Notes: generated by a model not told the origin, from the sequence alone. A DNA stretch of 27,271 bases from Clostridiales bacterium (GCA_963589455.1 CAVALT010000002.1:1-27271); one strand, 5' to 3'; shown: positions 7,846-17,043, counted from the stretch's first letter. Program-made: numbers and translations.

Positions 7846-10647
7846 ATGGATAAGTACGAATTTAATTTGAAAATCGAGCAGCTCAGGAAGCTTATCGATG
7901 AAGAGGATTATATAACGGCGCTCAGGATCGTGCAGAGCATCGACTGGAACAGAGTCAGAAATACCAATCTGCTTACCACTGCGGCAACCGTATATGAGAA
8001 GAATGACATGCTGCAGGAGGCCAAGGATATGATTATACTGGCCTTTGAAAGAGCACCGGTCGGAAAGCACCTGCTGTTCAAGCTGACAGAGCTCTCATGC
8101 AGAACGGGAGATCTTGAGGAGGCAGAGGATTATTATCATGAATTCCGCTCCGTAGACGCAACCGATATCGGAAACTATACGCTTCAGTATATGATACTCA
8201 AGGCACGTCATGCTCCGTATGAGAGACAGCTGCTTCCGCTTGAGAGATACTGTGAGATTGATCCTGATGAGAAGTGGCTCTATGAGCTTGCAACAGTATA
8301 TGAAAATGCGAACCGCAGTGCGGACTGTGTAAGAGTCTGCGACAGACTTGCACTCCTCTACGGAGGATCTAAATACGGTCTGAAGGCGCTGAGGCTTAAG
8401 TCAAGATATGCCGAGCTTACCGACGCGCAGATGAATATACTCTATCCGAGATCAGTGCCGGCAGCTTCAGGCAGCGAAGCCTTCGGCACCAGCGCTGATG
8501 GCGCTGCATATGAGTCTGCCGCAGCAAATTACGAAGCTGTAAACTCAGCACAGAGCAATACATACGGCAGCAGCTCAGAGTATGCAACCACTGGTACGGT
8601 TTACAGTGAGCCGCAGCCGGAGGAAACTAATTATGCGGCTGCTTCAGTGCACGGCTATGCTGCTTCGAATATCGAGTCTGCCGGAACCGGCATATATGAT
8701 GATCGTGATTACAGGGCAAATAATGCCCAGCAGACAGACAATGCCGGATATTACAGCGAAACAGAGGCTCTTAACGGCAGCCAGGAGCTGGATGCCAGAA
8801 AGAGTGATGCACTTGCAGCAGAAAGATTTGCGGACGAGGATGCAGCCTTTGAGGAATATGTCAGAAAATGCGCATCGGGTGAAGGCAGACCGGCAGCAGC
8901 TGCAGTTGAGGTTGTAAACGGAACTGCTACGGTGCAGGAGCTCAGTCAGCAGGCTGAGAATGATGATGTTCAGATGGTGCTTGACTTTAGAAACGGAGAA
9001 CCGACAGTGGTTGGAGAAGCACCGGTAAGCGAGCCGGCAGAGCAGCCGTATCAGCAGACCCAGACCCCTGAACAGAAGGCTGCGGACAGCGACTTAACCG
9101 CAGCATCTGCACAGCCGATATCAGCTGCGGCTCCGTTTAGCACAGCAGCACAGCAGAGCACAGAGACTTCACAGGCTGCTTATGCAGCAGCTACACCAGC
9201 ATCGGCATATTCACCTTCGCCGGCACCGACACCTTCGCCGGCACCGGTGTCTGCGCCTTCGGCAGCAGTATATACAAATGCAGGCAATACAGCGGCATCG
9301 GCGCAGAGTATTGCAGCTTCCGCTGATGCGGCAGCACAGACTGCAGCATTTACAGCGACGGCAGCATCGGTATCCGGGGTTACAGGAGCCGTGGGAGGAA
9401 CAGCCGAAGCAGCAGGCAATATAGCTTCATCGGTATTCGGAAATGCACTGCAGGGCACGCAGGCGAGACAGCCTGTACCGGCAGCTGCTGCGGCAGCACA
9501 GACTTCGCAGCCGCAGACACCGATACAGCAGGCAATACAGCAGCCGCAGTCGACCCAGGCTCAGAGCTTCGTGCAGCAGGATAAGCCTCAGGGAGCCATG
9601 CAGGCAGCAGCTTCGTCCCAGACACAGCCGTCAGAGCAGCCTGCTCCAAGGCCGGCACAGCGTCCGCTGGTGCCGCATCAGCAGCTTAAATCTGCAACAC
9701 CGGTCAAGGGACTTCACATGATAGTCGAGGCTCTGACCGATGCGGACGGACTCAGCATTGCCATTGATGAGCTTAAAAATATTCATGAGGAAAAGGGCAT
9801 AGCACATGCTTCAATCAAGACCTCAGCCGAGAAGCTTAACAAAAACGGTATTTCAGATGCGATTATAGCCAAGGTAAGCGGAAAGGACTTTGTTATTGAG
9901 CATGCAGGAGCATTGTCTGCAGAGAACATACAGGTTCTCTACAACTTTATCTGCATGGATAAAACAGGCACTATTGTGGTGCTTATAGATACACCAGAGG
10001 GACTTGATCATATTGAGGAGCTGAGACCGGAATTCTTCGACATATGCGATTATATTTCAGATGTCGAAGACGACGGGGAGCAGGATTATTCCGAGGAGCC
10101 TGAGGTTAAGGTCAAAAACGGAGTAAGCTCAAGGCAGACGCAGCCTTCGGAGGATGAAGAGCCGTACGATGATACTGATTATCCCGATGATGACGACAGG
10201 CCTTATGATGATGACGATGAGGATGCTGAGGCTCTGAAGAATAAAAAAAAGAATGCAGCGTCAAAACAGCAGCCTGAGGAGAGAACACCTGTCAAGCGTT
10301 CAAACGGAAAGGCCGGTGCAGAACGCTTCAACAATGTAAGGGAGGTTGCACCGGAGAATCCGGAACATCAGATGGAGATCGATGAGTTTGCCCAGTACTG
10401 TTCGCAGTATGCAGCATCGATTGACTGCAGCATCACAGGCAAGAGCATGCTGGCTCTTTATGAGCGTATAGAACTCATGGAGGAGAATGACGTGCCGCTC
10501 ACCGTGGCCACGGCAGAGCAGCTTATAGAGGAGGCTGCCGACAGAGCGGAGAAGCCGCCTATAGGCAAGCGCCTTTCAGGCATGTTCAAGTCGAAGTATG
10601 ACAAGAACGGACTCCTTGTACTTAAAGAGGAAGACTTCATTTATTGA
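7846..10647 (+). CDS. Hypothetical protein: N-terminal TPR-like helical repeats, long low-complexity linker, C-terminal degenerate AAA-like region
   Basis: ATG 7846 after AGGAGAAGG; TPR-like GDLEEAEDYY and WLYELATVYE; about 400 aa of A/Q/P/S/T-rich sequence; C-terminal alpha/beta region FVIEHAG..IVVLID and a helical lid-like tail. Confidence 0.75.
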   Translation: MDKYEFNLKIEQLRKLIDEEDYITALRIVQSIDWNRVRNTNLLTTAATVYEKNDMLQEAKDMIILAFERAPVGKHLLFKLTELSCRTGDLEEAEDYYHEFRSVDATDIGNYTLQYMILKARHAPYERQLLPLERYCEIDPDEKWLYELATVYENANRSADCVRVCDRLALLYGGSKYGLKALRLKSRYAELTDAQMNILYPRSVPAASGSEAFGTSADGAAYESAAANYEAVNSAQSNTYGSSSEYATTGTVYSEPQPEETNYAAASVHGYAASNIESAGTGIYDDRDYRANNAQQTDNAGYYSETEALNGSQELDARKSDALAAERFADEDAAFEEYVRKCASGEGRPAAAAVEVVNGTATVQELSQQAENDDVQMVLDFRNGEPTVVGEAPVSEPAEQPYQQTQTPEQKAADSDLTAASAQPISAAAPFSTAAQQSTETSQAAYAAATPASAYSPSPAPTPSPAPVSAPSAAVYTNAGNTAASAQSIAASADAAAQTAAFTATAASVSGVTGAVGGTAEAAGNIASSVFGNALQGTQARQPVPAAAAAAQTSQPQTPIQQAIQQPQSTQAQSFVQQDKPQGAMQAAASSQTQPSEQPAPRPAQRPLVPHQQLKSATPVKGLHMIVEALTDADGLSIAIDELKNIHEEKGIAHASIKTSAEKLNKNGISDAIIAKVSGKDFVIEHAGALSAENIQVLYNFICMDKTGTIVVLIDTPEGLDHIEELRPEFFDICDYISDVEDDGEQDYSEEPEVKVKNGVSSRQTQPSEDEEPYDDTDYPDDDDRPYDDDDEDAEALKNKKKNAASKQQPEERTPVKRSNGKAGAERFNNVREVAPENPEHQMEIDEFAQYCSQYAASIDCSITGKSMLALYERIELMEENDVPLTVATAEQLIEEAADRAEKPPIGKRLSGMFKSKYDKNGLLVLKEEDFIY
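9212..9247 (+). repeat. 18-bp in-frame tandem duplication (SPSPAP TPSPAP)
   Basis: CACCTTCGCCGGCACCGA / CACCTTCGCCGGCACCGG. Confidence 0.8.
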
Positions 10648-11327
10648 TGGAGAAGGTTAGTGAGATATGTGGGCTCCTGCACTCGCGGTATATACCCGAG
10701 GCGGAGCTCATTGTAAAAGATAATATAGTATTTTTATGCTTTGCTGCATTTATCATAATCATGGTCTGGCTTGGAAAGCAGCGAGGCTTTATAGACAGAA
10801 TCCTGTCACTGGGCTCGGTAATAGCAACACTGATAGTGGAGATCAGGTTCTTTCCGGTCTTTATGAGCTATATTGAACAGAATAAGGCAATCTCTGAGTT
10901 CTGTCTCAATACTGTCAGAGGACTTATGCATATAGACAGCAAGCAGCCGTCAAGCCCGCTGTATGATCTGCTTGGACTTGATACTCTTGCGGAAAATGCA
11001 GCCGGCTTTATGGAGACAATAGCAGCAAAGCTGATAATATTCGTGTTAGTCTTCATAGTACTGAGGCTGCTGTTCAGAATAATTGCTGCACTTGCAAGGG
11101 GACTGAAGAGAATAAGCCTTATCAACAGCATAGATGAGCTGCTCGGCATGCTTACCGGCTTTGCGGAGGCCTTTATATTTATATGGTTATTTATGCTTGT
11201 CATATCAGGCTTTCCCAATGTACCGTTCTGCAGCTTTGTGCTTGATCAGATTCAGCACAATGAGCTGCTGCTCACAATATACAATCAGAATTTTCTGTTC
11301 GCATTTGCGGCGGATCTGCTCGGATGA
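10647..11327 (+). CDS. CvpA (colicin V production) family membrane protein
   Basis: G..RGFI..ILSL N-terminal motif and INSIDELLGMLTGFAEA C-terminal motif; several TM segments; TGATG overlap with the upstream gene. Confidence 0.8.
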   Translation: MEKVSEICGLLHSRYIPEAELIVKDNIVFLCFAAFIIIMVWLGKQRGFIDRILSLGSVIATLIVEIRFFPVFMSYIEQNKAISEFCLNTVRGLMHIDSKQPSSPLYDLLGLDTLAENAAGFMETIAAKLIIFVLVFIVLRLLFRIIAALARGLKRISLINSIDELLGMLTGFAEAFIFIWLFMLVISGFPNVPFCSFVLDQIQHNELLLTIYNQNFLFAFAADLLG

Positions 11328-11362
11328 AAGGGCGGTCCGCCGTTTTCTTATGTGATGCACGC

Positions 11363-11393
11363 TAAAGAAACGCTTTAATCAGCGTTTCCTTAA
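11363..11393. repeat. Repeat family A, solitary right-end hairpin
   Basis: TAAAGAAACGCTTTAATCAGCGTTTCCTTAA matches the right end of copies 1-3. Confidence 0.8.
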
Positions 11394-11631
11394 AGTATTT
11401 CCCGCACAGGACGTATGCTCAGATGCAACAGATTTCCCTGAGGATTTGTGTAAGACTGCAAGACAACGGAGGCTGCGGATGTCTGCATCAGGACTGCAGG
11501 TAGGAACATACAGTCACGGTAATAATCTGTACTAACGCATGGCAAGCTGTTCACAGAGCAGGAGCGCATCAGGGCACAATATCCGGCCTGAATATGATAA
11601 TCATGTACTAATATAAAAACACAGGTATAGA

Positions 11632-11660
11632 TTGACAAACTTTTAACAAAGAACTATAAC
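11632..11660 (+). promoter_or_regulatory. Putative adhE promoter
   Basis: TTGACA-17 bp-TATAAC; the -35 lies inside the first Rex-like site. Confidence 0.55.
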
Positions 11661-11775
11661 ATATGCAACAAGATTGATAAAAAAATAACAATTACTCAGA
11701 CGTTGTCCGGAGCTTCGTACAAATGCTGTATAAAACGCCGAGAAACGACTGGACAGATTGCGAAAAAATTGTCAA
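11632..11775. promoter_or_regulatory. Three Rex-like operators upstream of adhE
   Basis: TTGACAAACTTTTAACAA (11632-11649), TTGATAAAAAAATAACAA (11674-11691) and TTGCGAAAAAATTGTCAA (11758-11775), compared with the clostridial Rex consensus TTGTTAA-N4-TTAACAA. Confidence 0.7.
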
Positions 11776-11924
11776 TTATGTTAAAAAAATATTCATCACG
11801 TTACTTTTATAACTATTATTTACTTTTTGAATGTGTTCTGATATTTTGAACATACAAACCAAGAAAACCACCTTCGGACGATGAATAACGAAGGGATAAT
11901 TACTTTCTTTCAGGGGGAGTTACT

Positions 11925-14696
11925 ATGGCAAATGAATTAATGATAAATTCTGTTGAGTCTCTAAAAGCAGCTTTACCGCTCATCAGAGCAGATCAGCTTA
12001 AGTATGCCACATTTACACAGGAGCAGGTTGATACAATCTGCGAGAAGGCAGCTATGGCTGTATCAAAGATGCGTATTCCGCTTGCTAAGATGGCATGTGA
12101 GGAGACCGGCTACGGCGTTCTGGTTGATAAGATAACCAAGAACCAGTATGCTTCGGAGCATGTCTGGAATTATATGAGACACAAGAAGACCTGCGGCGTT
12201 ATTGAAGAGGATACAGCCTTTGGTACAAAGAAGATTGCAACACCTAAGGGCGTTATCGCAGCAATCACACCTACGACCAACCCGACCTCTACAACCATTT
12301 ACAAGCTGCTTATGTGCCTTAAGACAAGAAATGCAGTTATCTTAAGCCCACATCCGCATGCAGTTAAATGTTCAATCGCAGCAGCAAGAATTATCAGAAA
12401 TGCAGCCATTGAAGCAGGTATGCCTGAAAATGTTATCAGCTGGATTTCAGAGCCTTCACTTGAGATCTCACCGGTTCTTATGCAGAGCGTAGACCTTATC
12501 GTTGCTACCGGCGGTGCAGGAATGGTTAAGGCAGCATATTCCTCAGGAACACCGGCACTCGGCGTTGGACCAGGAAACTGTAATGTAGTTATTGATTCTT
12601 CAGCAGATCTTCGTATGGCAGTTGAGTCAATCATCCACTCCAAGACCTTTGATAACGGCATGATTTGTGCTGCTGAGCAGCATATCACCGTACTTGATGA
12701 TGTATATGATGAGGTTAAGGCTCTTCTCCAGGATGCAAGATGCTATTTCCTTAATGATGAGGAGGCAGCAGCAGTTGCAGAGGTATTCTTCAATCCTGTA
12801 ACTCACGGAGTTAAGCCGGGTGCAGTAGGACAGACAGCAGTGAGACTTGCTCAGATGGCTGGCTTTGAGGTTCCTTATGACACCAAGGTTCTTATCTATG
12901 AGACCGATGATACATCTCATGACAACCCATGGGCTAATGAGAAGCTTACAACACTGCTTGGCATGTTCCACGCAAAGAACCTCGAGGAGGCCTTCGATAT
13001 CTGCGCAAAGCTTGTTGCTGAGGGTGGACCTGGACATTCGGCAGCTATGTATATCAATCCTAACAGAGAGGATAAGATTGAGGAATTCGGCAAGCGCATG
13101 AAGGCAGGCCGTATCATTATCAATATTCCGACATCTTTTGCGGGCATCGGCGATCTCTACAACTTCGGTGTTGCACCGTCGCTTACATTAGGACCCGGAT
13201 CTGCAGGAGGATCATCATATATGGGTAATACACAGTGCGAGCAGCTGCTCGATATCAGAGTTATACAGAACCGTAAGGAGAACATGCTTTGGCTTCAGCT
13301 TCCTAAGAAGGTATATCACAAGACAGGCTGCACACCTGTAGCCCTCAGGGAGATGAAGGATGTATATGACTTCAAGCGTGCATTTATCGTAACCGACGGC
13401 AACCTTTACAGAATGGGTGCCTGCGATAAGATTATTGCTCAGCTCAAGGAGCAGGGTATTGAGACAGCAGAGTTCTACGACATCGAGGTAGATCCTAAGA
13501 TCCAGGATGCTATGAAGGGACTTCCGCAGATGCATGCATTCAATCCGGATGTTATTATCGCAATCGGCGGCGGATCTGCTATAGATACAGCTAAGATCAT
13601 GTGGATCATGTACGAGAATCCGGATGAGGGCTTCCTCGACATGGCTACAACCTTCCTTGATATCCGTAAGAGAATCCGTTTCTTCCCGCAGATGGGCAAG
13701 AAGGCTAAGCTTGTCTGCATACCGACAACAGCAGGTACAGGTTCAGAGTGTACTCCATTCACAATCATCTCTGATAACAACACCGGCATGAAGTGGCCGC
13801 TGGTTGGCTATGAGATGATGCCTGAGATGGCTATTATCGATGCTGACAACATGATGAAGCTTCCGCCGAGAGCTACGCAGGCTTCAGGCTATGATGTTCT
13901 TACACATGCTGTAGAGGCATATGTATCAACCTTTGCAACAGAGTATACTGACGGCTTCTGCGAGAAGGCTACAAAGATGGTATTTGATTACCTTCCGAGA
14001 GCTTATAAGTCAGCATTCAAGGATGCTGAGCCGGATCCGGTAGCACGTGAGAAGATGGCAGATGCATCAGCTCTTGCAGGTATAGGCTTTGCTAATGCAT
14101 TCCTTGGCATCAACCACTCACTGTCACATAAGCTTGGCGGCTGGTTCCACATTCCGCATGGTACAGCTAATGCATTGCTGTTCCCATATGTATGCCGCTT
14201 CAACGCACAGAAGCACCCGTATCACATGGGTACCTTCTCACAGTACAAGTATCCGCAGGCATTCGAGAGATATGTCAAGCTCGGAGAGCTTATCGGTGTA
14301 AAGGGCACCACAGATGAGAAGACCTTCGAGAACTGGATCAAGGCAGCTGAGCAGCTTAAGAAGGATGTTGATATTCCTGAGACTATTCTTGACTGGCTCT
14401 GCGAGGCTCATCCGGATGTAGCAGCTGAGGAGTGGGAGGAGAAATTCCTTGCAGCAGTTGACCAGATGTCAGAGTGGGCATTCCACGATGCATGCACAGG
14501 CGCAAACCCTGTATATCCGACAATCGGCGAGCTTAAGGCATGCTACTTAAGAGCGTTCTACGGCAACAAGAAGTTTATCAAGAAGTACGGTGATGTGCTT
14601 GAGGTTGAGGCTAAGCTTCCTTCAGATACACACGCAGCATATCCGAACGGACTTGCAGCTGAAATCGGCTTCGATAAGACCGGCGGATTCGACTAA
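11925..14696 (+). CDS. adhE: Bifunctional aldehyde-CoA/alcohol dehydrogenase
   Basis: ALDH half: PTTNPTST, ATGGAGMV, SKTFDNGMICAAEQ (catalytic Cys). Fe-ADH half: GGGSAID, PTTAGTGSE, DVLTHAVE, NHSLSH, PHG. RBS GGGGAG. Confidence 0.92.
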   Translation: MANELMINSVESLKAALPLIRADQLKYATFTQEQVDTICEKAAMAVSKMRIPLAKMACEETGYGVLVDKITKNQYASEHVWNYMRHKKTCGVIEEDTAFGTKKIATPKGVIAAITPTTNPTSTTIYKLLMCLKTRNAVILSPHPHAVKCSIAAARIIRNAAIEAGMPENVISWISEPSLEISPVLMQSVDLIVATGGAGMVKAAYSSGTPALGVGPGNCNVVIDSSADLRMAVESIIHSKTFDNGMICAAEQHITVLDDVYDEVKALLQDARCYFLNDEEAAAVAEVFFNPVTHGVKPGAVGQTAVRLAQMAGFEVPYDTKVLIYETDDTSHDNPWANEKLTTLLGMFHAKNLEEAFDICAKLVAEGGPGHSAAMYINPNREDKIEEFGKRMKAGRIIINIPTSFAGIGDLYNFGVAPSLTLGPGSAGGSSYMGNTQCEQLLDIRVIQNRKENMLWLQLPKKVYHKTGCTPVALREMKDVYDFKRAFIVTDGNLYRMGACDKIIAQLKEQGIETAEFYDIEVDPKIQDAMKGLPQMHAFNPDVIIAIGGGSAIDTAKIMWIMYENPDEGFLDMATTFLDIRKRIRFFPQMGKKAKLVCIPTTAGTGSECTPFTIISDNNTGMKWPLVGYEMMPEMAIIDADNMMKLPPRATQASGYDVLTHAVEAYVSTFATEYTDGFCEKATKMVFDYLPRAYKSAFKDAEPDPVAREKMADASALAGIGFANAFLGINHSLSHKLGGWFHIPHGTANALLFPYVCRFNAQKHPYHMGTFSQYKYPQAFERYVKLGELIGVKGTTDEKTFENWIKAAEQLKKDVDIPETILDWLCEAHPDVAAEEWEEKFLAAVDQMSEWAFHDACTGANPVYPTIGELKACYLRAFYGNKKFIKKYGDVLEVEAKLPSDTHAAYPNGLAAEIGFDKTGGFD

Positions 14697-14761
14697 TAGC
14701 GTAGGCTTGTACGAGTCAGATAAATCATCAGCTTAGAGCAGGATAGATAAACAATAGTTAA

Positions 14762-14803
14762 AGAGGACCCCGAAGTCTGTTAATTGGACTTCGGGGTTCT
14801 TTT
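14762..14803 (+). terminator. Intrinsic terminator after adhE
   Basis: AGAGGACCCCGAAGTCT..GGACTTCGGGGTTCTTTT stem followed by a U-tract. Confidence 0.85.
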
Positions 14804-14863
14804 GCACCTAACAGAGGCATTCTGATTACTGCAGTAAGTATGAGTCTGAGCCTCGGGACGTTA

Positions 14864-15020
14864 TTAAGGAAATGTTGAATGTTTTGCGTGGACGGAGGCT
14901 GACTGACAGTTAAAGAATTATTGAAATAAGCTGGCATTTGATTTAAAATTGCGATACGTTTATTAACAGAAAATTCACAGAATTTAAGAAAATGCTGATT
15001 TAATCATTTTCAGACCTTAA
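14864..15020. repeat. Two degenerate family A left-end fragments upstream of the MATE gene
   Basis: TTAAGGAAATGTTGAAT at 14864 and TTAAGAAAATGCTGATTTAATCA...CCTTAA at 14984-15020. Confidence 0.55.
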
Positions 15021-15045
15021 GGCAGGACATATTCGGGAGAATGAC

Positions 15046-16425
15046 ATGGCGCAGAAAAGCACACATGAGATAGACATACTCAACGGACCTATTGTTAAAA
15101 AATACATATTGTTTGTAATTCCGCTGGCACTCGGATACATACTGCAGCTTCTGTTTAATGCAGCAGATGTGATTGTAGTAGGACAGTTTGCCGGAGCGAC
15201 CGCGCTTGCTGCCGTCGGCTCAACTACTGCACTTGTCAACCTATATCTTAATATATATACGGGCCTGGCTACAGGAGTTAACATACTTACGGCAAGATTT
15301 TATGCGACAGGCAATCACAAATCGACAGAAACAATAGTTCATACGTCAATGGGGCTGTCATTTGTAATCGGTGTTTTATTTCTTGTTGTCGGGCTGCTGA
15401 CAGTACATCCTCTGCTGGTGCTTACGGGAACACCGCAGGATATTATTGATATGGCAGCACTGTATCTGCGCATTTACTGCATTGCTATGCCGGCTTCTGT
15501 TGTATACAACTTCGGAGCAGCGGTTCTGCGCAGCATAGGTGATACGAAGAGACCTATGTATTATCTGCTGGCAGCAGGAGTGGTCAATGTAATAATCAAT
15601 GTCATCAGTGTGATAGTATTCCGTATGGGAGTAGCCGGAGTTGCCATAGGCACGGCGGTATCAAGCTATATATCAGCAATCCTGATTATTATAACCTTAA
15701 TGAGAGAGGAATCAAGCATCAGGCTGCATCCTCAGAAAATGAAGCTGAACCCCAAATATGTCAGGGATATACTGCAGTTCGGCATACCTGTAGCTGTACA
15801 GAACAGTTTGTTTTCAATACCAAATATCATGATACAGTCCTCAGTCAACAGCTTTGGATCGCTTTACGTTGCCGGAAATTCAGCCTCACAGAGCATAGAA
15901 GGCTTCCAGATTGCGTTCCTGACAGCAAACGGCATAGGAGCAGCAACATTTACCAGCCAGCATGTAGGTGCAGGCAAATTTAAGCGTGCCGGCAAGGTGC
16001 TCAGAACAATACTCATTATATCTACTGTTATGAGTCTTATTATAGGCGGAATCTTCACAATATTCAGAGTACCGCTGCTCGGACTCTACAATAACAACAG
16101 CTCGGTAGTAAGCATAGCATCGCGCCGCCTTGTCATAATGGTTATGACCGATTTCCTTGATGCGGCCATGTGCATAATCTCCAATACGATAAGGGGCTAC
16201 GGCAAGTCGGTGCCGCCTATGATAATAACGCTTATCTTTGTATGCGGCTTCCGTATGATATGGATATACGGACTTTTCCCTCTGGTAAAGGTATACGAAT
16301 TCGTAATACTGGCATGGCCCGTTTCCTGGATCCTTGCGATACCTGTACTCTATCTGTACTATCTTAAGGTCCGGAAAATGTATCCGAATATTGACGAAGG
16401 CAGCGAGCCTGTGCATGCTGCCTGA
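15046..16425 (+). CDS. MATE family efflux transporter
   Basis: About 12 TM segments; LQLLFNAADVIVVG, LRSIGDTKRP, GVAGVAIGT and SQHVGAG motifs; two MatE repeats. Confidence 0.92.
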   Translation: MAQKSTHEIDILNGPIVKKYILFVIPLALGYILQLLFNAADVIVVGQFAGATALAAVGSTTALVNLYLNIYTGLATGVNILTARFYATGNHKSTETIVHTSMGLSFVIGVLFLVVGLLTVHPLLVLTGTPQDIIDMAALYLRIYCIAMPASVVYNFGAAVLRSIGDTKRPMYYLLAAGVVNVIINVISVIVFRMGVAGVAIGTAVSSYISAILIIITLMREESSIRLHPQKMKLNPKYVRDILQFGIPVAVQNSLFSIPNIMIQSSVNSFGSLYVAGNSASQSIEGFQIAFLTANGIGAATFTSQHVGAGKFKRAGKVLRTILIISTVMSLIIGGIFTIFRVPLLGLYNNNSSVVSIASRRLVIMVMTDFLDAAMCIISNTIRGYGKSVPPMIITLIFVCGFRMIWIYGLFPLVKVYEFVILAWPVSWILAIPVLYLYYLKVRKMYPNIDEGSEPVHAA

Positions 16426-16459
16426 GCCACAGAGCAGGTAAGGCAAATAAAGGACATAT

Positions 16460-16512
16460 GGCGTCGGACACAGAGAACTGTAAGAACAGGAATCTGTGTT
16501 CGGCGTTTTTTT
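16460..16512 (+). terminator. Probable intrinsic terminator after the MATE gene
   Basis: GCGTCGGACACAGA..TCTGTGTTCGGCGT followed by a T-tract. Confidence 0.65.
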
Positions 16513-16646
16513 AAGGAAATGCTGATTTAATCAGCATTTCCTTAACAGCCTCCGGCGGATCGGCGGATCGCACGGATTTACAAGGAAAATAGCTGCTTCG
16601 CAGCATAAATCCGGCGTGGGAAACGCATTAATCAGCGTTTCCTTAA
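16511..16646. repeat. Repeat family A, full copy 2
   Basis: Perfect palindrome TTAAGGAAATGCTGATT-T-AATCAGCATTTCCTTAA, core GCTGCTTCGCAGC, right end TTAATCAGCGTTTCCTTAA. Confidence 0.85.
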
Positions 16647-16666
16647 TGAAAGCTGATTAATGCGTT

Positions 16667-16695
16667 AAAAAAAAGCCGACCTATAAGCCGACTTT
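16667..16695 (-). terminator. Terminator of the tRNA unit
   Basis: Minus strand AAAGTCGGCT-TATA-GGTCGGCTTTTTTTT. Confidence 0.75.
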
Positions 16696-16705
16696 AAATG
16701 AAGTA

Positions 16706-16777
16706 TGACGCCAACGGGAATTGAACCCGTGATACCACCGTGAAAGGGTGGTGTCTTAACCTCTTGACCATGGCGCC
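16706..16777 (-). tRNA. tRNA-Glu (TTC)
   Basis: GGCGCCATGGTCAAGAGGTTAAGACACCACCCTTTCACGGTGGTATCACGGGTTCAATTCCCGTTGGCGTCA folds as a cloverleaf; CCA not encoded. Confidence 0.96.
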
Positions 16778-16783
16778 GTATGC

Positions 16784-16857
16784 CGCCCCAACCGGGACTT
16801 GAACCTGGGACCCCCTGATTAACAGTCAGATGCTCTAACCAACTGAGCTATTGAGGC
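16784..16857 (-). tRNA. tRNA-Asn (GTT)
   Basis: GCCTCAATAGCTCAGTTGGTTAGAGCATCTGACTGTTAATCAGGGGGTCCCAGGTTCAAGTCCCGGTTGGGGCG; anticodon loop CTGTTAA, discriminator G. Confidence 0.93.
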
Positions 16858-16877
16858 ATACTGTAAACAGCTATTAA

Positions 16878-16906
16878 ATTATATTAGACAAACGATAGTG
16901 TGTCAA
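16878..16906 (-). promoter_or_regulatory. Consensus sigma-A promoter of the tRNA-Asn/tRNA-Glu unit
   Basis: Minus strand TTGACA-17 bp-TATAAT, a perfect consensus. Confidence 0.88.
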
Positions 16907-16915
16907 GTAAGCTTT

Positions 16916-17043
16916 TTAAGGAAATGCCGATTTAATCAGCATTTCCTTAAAAAGTCTCTGGCGGATTGCATTGATTTGCTTTAGGATTAGCTGCTTCGCA
17001 GCGCGGATTCGGCGTGGTAAACGCTTTAATCAGCGTTTCCTAA
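16916..17043. repeat. Repeat family A, full copy 3 (more diverged core)
   Basis: TTAAGGAAATGCCGATTTAATCAGCATTTCCTTAA...GCTGCTTCGCAGC...AAACGCTTTAATCAGCGTTTCC. Confidence 0.85.

Noticed and set aside
898..17043. Family A palindromes as a CRISPR array or transcription-factor operators
   Set aside because: Copies are dispersed without regular unique spacers and there are no cas genes; the conserved unit is about 130 bp and also occurs between convergent 3' ends.
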